Shown piece by piece: positions 36,784 through 43,826 of a DNA stretch of 43,826 nt. The notes beneath the pieces were generated by a model, which saw only the letters and a list, made by a program, of their open reading frames with translations, was not told the origin of the DNA and did not search any database. Position numbers and translations under genes: made by a program. This stretch comes from Rotaria socialis (Eukaryota). The first letter of the stretch is position 1, and every line of letters starts with the position of its first letter. The stretch covers positions 1 to 43,826 of the forward strand of contig CAJNYD010000563.1 in NCBI GenBank assembly GCA_905331295.1. Reading direction: 5' to 3'.

Positions 36784-38150
36784 ATCGTACAAGATGTTTT
36801 TATAATTCTTTAATATCGCAACTACACGATTTTGTTCTTGCAAATCAACTAGAGTCTCTTGGTTTTCAGCAGCATGCTGCTGCGGTTTTTCTTTTTGGAA
36901 ATGAGATATTCCAAAATTCATAAATCACTCTATGACTAATGTTTCAACATGGAATATTCTCATACTTAGTTTAGAATCGAAAAAAGCTGTGTCATAATAT
37001 TTATCCATTTGTTTAATTGAAGATATGTACATTGAACTATGCTATTCGTAAGTATAATTCTTTACATTTTGATCTGTTTCACCTGTCTGTAAATATGGTC
37101 TTAAAACTATTTTTTACGAGCTCATGGGAATTATCATTTTCGACTGTGGGAACTACGCAATAAAATCCGAATTAATATGGTATTAGACAATAAATAAAAC
37201 TGTAAAACATATCCTTACCATATGATTCCTACAAAACTTTCTAGATACTTAAAAATCACTGCAGCAGCGTTGTAGGTGATTTGATAAAGTGCTTTTTTTG
37301 TACACGGATCTAATCAGCTAGATAAAAATATCGTCGAGTTATGAAAAATAATGGCATAGGAATTTTTTCTGCATAAATAAGAAGGACTAATTTGTGTTCG
37401 ATTTATTTTCAACTGTTTTACACATGCATGCCACCCACACCCACACAAAATTACATTGAATAAAGATCACAAAAAAGAAAACTTCTAATCGGATTTGAAT
37501 GTTATGCTTTCTTTCTTGAATATAGTAGTTCACAAAGAAAAATCGGTTACCATAAGAAGACTAAAGATGGTATCTTTAATTCTTTGTCGATATCATTTTA
37601 AGCTTGCGAATATCTTCATTGAATGATAGAAAAAGTCAACGCGATCAACTTATGGTGACATATGAAAGAAAAAGAATGGATCGTGAATTTCCATGAGCAC
37701 TCGTAAAACTGAGGGGAAAAAAGAATCCCAAAAGATTATTACGGAATAGTTATGCTAGACTGCACTCTTTATTTTTAAGATGAATCGAATCGTTTCCGTA
37801 GAAATACAGACAGACACTCGTAACTTGAAAATCTAAATTAATTAAAAATCGAAGCAGACAAAGATATATTTGCAACTGCAACAACGTGCATTTTCCAATT
37901 AAAAACAAAAACCCAGTCCTATAAGTTTATCCAATTTTTTATGAATATTCTATAGAAGTGAAAGAAGATTTGTTTATTTTTCGTCAAACGGCGGGTTATA
38001 GACGTTGTTTTAGAAACAATCAAAGTCATGCCAACATTAAAAAAAAAGGAGTATGACATTTTTTTCAGAAAAAATAATATCGGCTGATATATGTTAATAT
38101 ATGCAATTATACTGATTTCTGTAAGTTATTGGTGATAAAGTATCGATAGG

Positions 38151-39430
38151 CTAACATTGAATTTCAGTATTAATGTCTCTATCCCCAGCATCGTCATATT
38201 TCTTAGTCCCATCTTGAGCTTGTTTAATTGTGCGAAACTATAAATAGAAAAAGTAAAATATTCAAAAAGTAAAAATGCGATTACTTTTCTACATACTGCA
38301 GCGCTAAATTCAAAAGAACTTTCTGAAGAACTTGCAACACTCTCTTGTAGTTTCATAACAGTAGATTTTTCTCTTCCTCTAAGATTTCTATTGGAATGCT
38401 CAAGAGCTGTGGCAAATTCAATATCATTTTCAATATCTTGATATTTCTGTATGATGACGTTTATCAATTGTTGACTGATATTAAGAATTTTTGTTAAATC
38501 CAATTGAACGGATGCAGAGATAGGCTCGTTTTTAACAATTCTATATGTATCATGATCTTGCAACCGATTAGTATTATGTAATTCATGTTCGAAGATATAT
38601 TCACACATAGAATCTGGAATACAAATTTCATTTCCAATCAGATAAATTCGAATTGGACAAATTCCTATCGCATAGCTACAGAGAATATCTGCATCTTCAC
38701 TTTTATAAAAATCACTGTTTGTATACGGAGGTAAATAATCATGAATTGTACAAACTGACGGCTCGTATTCACCACAAAGACGATAGCCTACGATAAAAAT
38801 ACATACTTGATTATGAAAATTTTATAGTTTGAACTCTTTCATACATGATTCTAAGAGACGTTGTTGATAGTCGTGTGTATTCCCATCAGTTGTATTCAAT
38901 GGAATAATTAGTACATGACAGGCTTGTATCTATAAATGGTTTTTATCGATAACCTAAATCAGATTTAACGAAACAAACAGTACCTGTTGGCTTGTGAAGC
39001 GTTGTTGCTTTAAAAAATTTGCCCGGACTTTTAAAGCCATCCCAGCATTGATTTCATTTGATGCCAGAAATGTTTTCGAGCAATCCTCAAAAAATCGAAT
39101 AGCACATAATTTGATTCTATATGAAATCAGTTCTTTGTAAACAGAATACACATTATCACCATCGAATCTTATGTTAGAATTGGGTTTTACACATATAAAT
39201 ATCGCTAATACACGGTGATGTCTTTTTAAGTAATCTATATCCGCATCTGAAAATTGATCGTTCAGATCCAATAATAGAATAAAAGACCATAATTTCGAGT
39301 GAGTGCTAACGTGAGTATTCAGTTCATCCAGATTATAAAGAGTTTGATGGTCGACACCACTGAGGTTTAATAGAGTAGGCTGAATATTTTTGGGTGAACG
39401 TAATTCCGCAATTTGAAGTTTACTAAACAT
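38151..39430 (-). CDS. Protein of unknown function; exons 39430..38984, 38929..38845, 38787..38285, 38237..38151
   Basis: Four phase-consistent exons with 47-57 bp GT-AG introns give a continuous reading frame; no recognisable domain. Confidence 0.75.
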
Positions 39431-41650
39431 GTCTAATGAATACTTCTACAAGAAAATTAGTTGGTTAAAATATATTTCCCAAGTAAAATTGGATTGTTTT
39501 TGAGAGAAAGAAAAAATAATGGGTGTGACTCATTCATACGAATCGAAAAAATAGAATAGGTTAAAATTTTTTCTTATTATAAAATACAATCGATCGTATC
39601 TTTAGATGTGATGGCTATCATATGTAAATCGAAATGCAATTTTTTTTATTCATTTTATTTTTGAAACGTTTTAAAAGCCTTGTTTTTTCAGATCAACACG
39701 TGATGCCAGTTTACTTGCAGCCTATTTAGTAAAGAAAAGCTCAACAGAATGTATTCTTTTATGTCAATATAATAGCTTGGTGTTTTTACTCAGCAACTCC
39801 TGAAAAATAGTCAAAAGCGAATTTGCAAGCAACTATCTACAGTCAATGTCATTTCGCTTCGAGAAATCAAAAAAATAAAACAGCGCATTTTAATGATTTA
39901 TGACTGTTTCTTCAACTGAATTGAAAAAGAGAAAAATAAATATTGTAACCTGTGTACGATTCGAATCCGAGCAAAATTATTTTTCTCGTTATTTTGTATT
40001 GAAAAAAATGTCACTTCATTCCATTCGTTTATTTGCGTTGACTGGAGAAAAAATACTCCGAACAAGAAAATAAAATCGTCATATATTGTCACGTGTTCTT
40101 TTCTCTACAATATTAGAAGAGCATAGAGTTAGGCTTTTTTATTCAATTTTGCTAAACAAAATTTTAAATGTCAATGGCACAGATCTTGTTTCTCTTCACT
40201 ATTATTTTCGAATACTCTGAAATACGCTACGATATTCTGACAATAACGCTAGAAACACACGAGGGTGAATACGTCTTAACCACGTATTGAAAACACCTCA
40301 ACATATTATTTCTTAATTTCTTTTAAGACGTACATGCCCAATAGAAACACGAGCAAAACATATCTTTATTTCTCCTCTTCCTATTAAATGTGAAACAAAC
40401 ATAAATAGAATCATTTTTTTATACTGTCAAAAGGAATATTTTAAATATTATTTAAAACAAATACTTGCTAGATAAAACAGCGCGAATCATCGTTACATTT
40501 GTAGATGCAAATAGATGTTTTTTTTTGTACATCCTATCATCTGTGAGGAGAAAATCTCTCAAGTTAAATGTTCACTTACCGCAACAATATGATTATATGC
40601 AAGCGCAATTGATTATGTTTTGAGGTTGTAATAGCAAAAGCAATCAGAATATTTTCAATTTTAAACGAATGACTCATCCCAATTTCTCTCTTTCGCGTTA
40701 AAAAACGATTATGATATGACATAAAAAATGACCGAACGAAGGATATGTTTTGGGTGTGGGTATGAAGAATAATCACGATAAAATTATTGTTTGATTTTAT
40801 TTCGATTCTATTAGAAACGAATCATTATCAAGTGGCAATAGATATTAGTATAATCCAAAGACCAAAAAACAAAATATCTAATTCGAAAGAAATTCAAACA
40901 ACAATTTTATTGTGGTTATTGTTCACACCCACACCCGTGTAACAGACAGGAGAATAAACAGAAGAGTATATCATTAAAAAAAATTCTTTTGCGAATTTAT
41001 GGTTTTCAATACAGAAAGCAAATCTTTGATTGAATATGTTACAGAAAATCTGTGTCCTATTTCAAATAATATCGTGCAATAGAGAACTCATCAACCTTCG
41101 ATTTTCATATGAAATACATAGTTTCTAGTAATCATTCTATCTCGATGGAATTTATTTTTCTAACTGTGATAAAGAATGAAGACATCAGACGGTAATATTA
41201 AAGTATTCGTTTCAACCAATAAAAAAATCCATAAGGGATTCTTTTTGGTGCTACCAAACTTCACCAGTTGTGCCTTGTAAAACTCAGATTAAATGAAATC
41301 TTTTCCAGCTTCTAAAAATAAGTTACAGAATCGTTTTTCAATGCTTTGCGTTCTCAAGAGTTTGTAACCTCTATCAAACATTTTCAATGAGATTAATTTC
41401 TATATTTTTGTACTAGACACTTTGCTCTTTCTAACAAATAACAAAAGATGAAGTCTCTACGAGATTCCATCACAACACGACATCAAAAACAAAACTAATG
41501 CAAAACGTTTGCCCTACCTATTCAAACGACGGATATGTAGTCCTACAGAGATAAATCTTGAGAAATCAGGAAAGTACACACGCTGCGAGGCCTAATTATA
41601 AATATATTGGTTCTTGAGAGATAGAATCGACAGAATTATTAAATATAAAA

Positions 41651-43460
41651 ATGAATCGATCATGTCTTCAATTGAAACATTTTCCTGATGAACTTTCAAT
41701 GTTTATTTTCAAAAAAATGAGCAATGTTGAAGTTCTTTATTCGGTGTCAATGAACGGGTCGATTCAATTCTACAAGATCTAATTTTTACAAATCGTTTGA
41801 ATTTCTGAAAATAATCTTCGAAGAACTTTTGCAACATATTTTCTCGTGATATTATATTTAATCAATTTTGTTTACAAATTTTGCTCTCAATTCGTGAGAA
41901 AATCCGATGGCTTTATGCTGCATGAATTCTCATCTATGAAACAAATTCTATGTGCTGCTGATTATTATAATTTACATGAACTCGGTCTATTCAATAACGA
42001 AGAAGAAACAATTAAAAGTTTTTTCACTGGTACGAAAATCTCAAGATCGAATTGCTATGGAGGAAAAATCAGTTATTTAGTATTAATCCTTTTCTGAATT
42101 TTATTTTATAAAAATCTTCCTTTTCTGTTTTTAATCATTTCAATGCATCTCAAGCTCCGATTTGGAAAGAAAACTGCAAGTTTGTCTCTTGCTTTTATCT
42201 ATTTAGAGGAAAATCATTTCGGGCACACCGTAAAAAATCGTATTTCGACACTGATCATCACATTATCCCACAACCAAAAAAAATTAATCAGTAGAGGTAG
42301 AATGAAGACGATCTGTACTCGTGTCTTTACTATATTCACCAATTCAATCTGGTTAAAGTTTTACCCATATTCTGATATTTACATTAACTTCGTTGAAAGA
42401 TTTTCATTTAATCATCCAAGGGAATATGTAACATTTTCTTCTTCAACGTTGAAACGTTCAATGACTGTCTTTATCTTCTTGATGGTCGTTTCAAACAACT
42501 TCATACATTCTATGTTAATGCTTTTATCTCTACTCCTCCATTGCCAACAATTCCTAACACAATGGGTTATTTTATTTGAAAGAATCACTAAAACGCTTTT
42601 ATTTTTCTAGACAGAATTAATAAATTTAAAATGTTTTTCATTAACTTGTGATATAGGCATAGGCTTTTACGAAGAATCGCTTGTGTCTCTCCTACATCGA
42701 ATGTCAAATCTAGAAGAACTTTCCTTGTATACCTCGATTTGTCGGCTTAGCCATGGTAAAGCATTTATCGATGGAAATAATTTGAAGCATGCTATTATTT
42801 TTCATATGTCAAAGTTAAAGAAGTTCATGTTTAGTATCCATTCAGATATATTGATTGATCAATCGATTTCTTTACCATCAAATGTAGACATTCAATGTAC
42901 ATTAGAAGATCTTAAAGATTAGCAAATTATTTCTTATGTCGATTATTTTCCAAAGGAAAATATTGGCCAATGCCATATATATTCGTATCCATCTAGAATG
43001 ATATATTATCACAATCTTACGAATAGTTTTCCAGATGGATTATTCAAATTTATTCACAGAGTTTTAATATATGATGAACGTCATTTTGAATATGAATCTT
43101 ATATCCGAATTGCTGACGCGTTTCCATATCTTTAAATGTTAACCGTAGAAAATCGATCACCTCAACTACTAAATGAAGATAATCAAAATTTACCAATCAT
43201 TGAATATCCTCATCTTATTCATCTAGATCTCACAGGTGTTCATGACAATTATATTGAACAATTTCTTGTTAATACGAAAACTTGTCTATCAAATTATTCG
43301 TCTTGTTATCTCTTACCGTTCTCTACAGCGAGTAACACACAACTTCACAAGAGATACAATGCGAGTGAATTGTGCCAAAGTCAAATATTTATATGCTTGT
43401 AATCAATCGGACGTTCCCGAACAATTTCATGTATATTTTCCCTATGCAGAAAATTTATAA
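41651..43460 (+). pseudogene. F-box/LRR-like family pseudogene
   Basis: N-terminal F-box-like MNRSCLQLKHFPDELSMFIFKKMSNVEVLYS. Family motifs LHRMSNLEELSL, FIDGNNLK, SYVDYF...CHIYSYP and IIEYPHL. Several frameshifts and in-frame stops (42920-42922 TAG, 43133-43135 TAA). Confidence 0.82.
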
Positions 43461-43826
43461 CTATTTTTAAAAAAATTGCAAAGTAAATACGTTGATTTGC
43501 TTTACAAATCGTTTCTGATACATTAAATAATCATTATAGAAGAAATTCGTAATGATTCATTTTTAATATAATAAAACGAAATGTTTTGTCTGTTGATCAT
43601 GTTCAAATTGATGATCTACATCAAAATGATTTGCTAATACACTTAAACTTGAATGCGCATATTTTGTTATATAAGTATACCAATACGATGATAGAGACGA
43701 TAATATAGCATCAGGTTCAGTTTGTTGAAATTTTGTTTCATTTGTATTATCATCATCGAAAATAATTGAATCGGAAAGTGAAGCAAAAAAATATTGTAAT
43801 CGATTTCCTTTAATATAAGATTGATC

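Overview
AT-rich eukaryotic DNA with many ~50-60 bp GT-AG introns. The intron style and gene families point to a bdelloid rotifer (inference). The supplied ORF track misses most genes because they are spliced, so exons were assembled by hand. In order, the window holds: (1) a type II membrane protein with a Thr-rich stalk running off the left edge; (2) a disrupted Hedgehog-related Hog (Hint+SRR) gene; (3) an intact DD37D (maT-type) Tc1/mariner element; (4) a 2-exon gene encoding only a dynein microtubule-binding domain (MTBD), tail-to-tail with (5) a KIF26/vab-8-like kinesin whose motor motifs are lost; (6) an intact 'HFxGG-I-W' surface protein and a convergent pseudogene paralog; (7) a clockwork orange (cwo)-like bHLH-Orange gene; (8) a gene of unknown function; (9) an F-box pseudogene. 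There are also five non-autonomous hAT-type elements, a FLYWCH-bearing MULE remnant and two probable assembly artefacts. The most notable candidate is the stand-alone dynein MTBD beside the motor-dead kinesin. Homology calls come from recalled motifs, not database searches.
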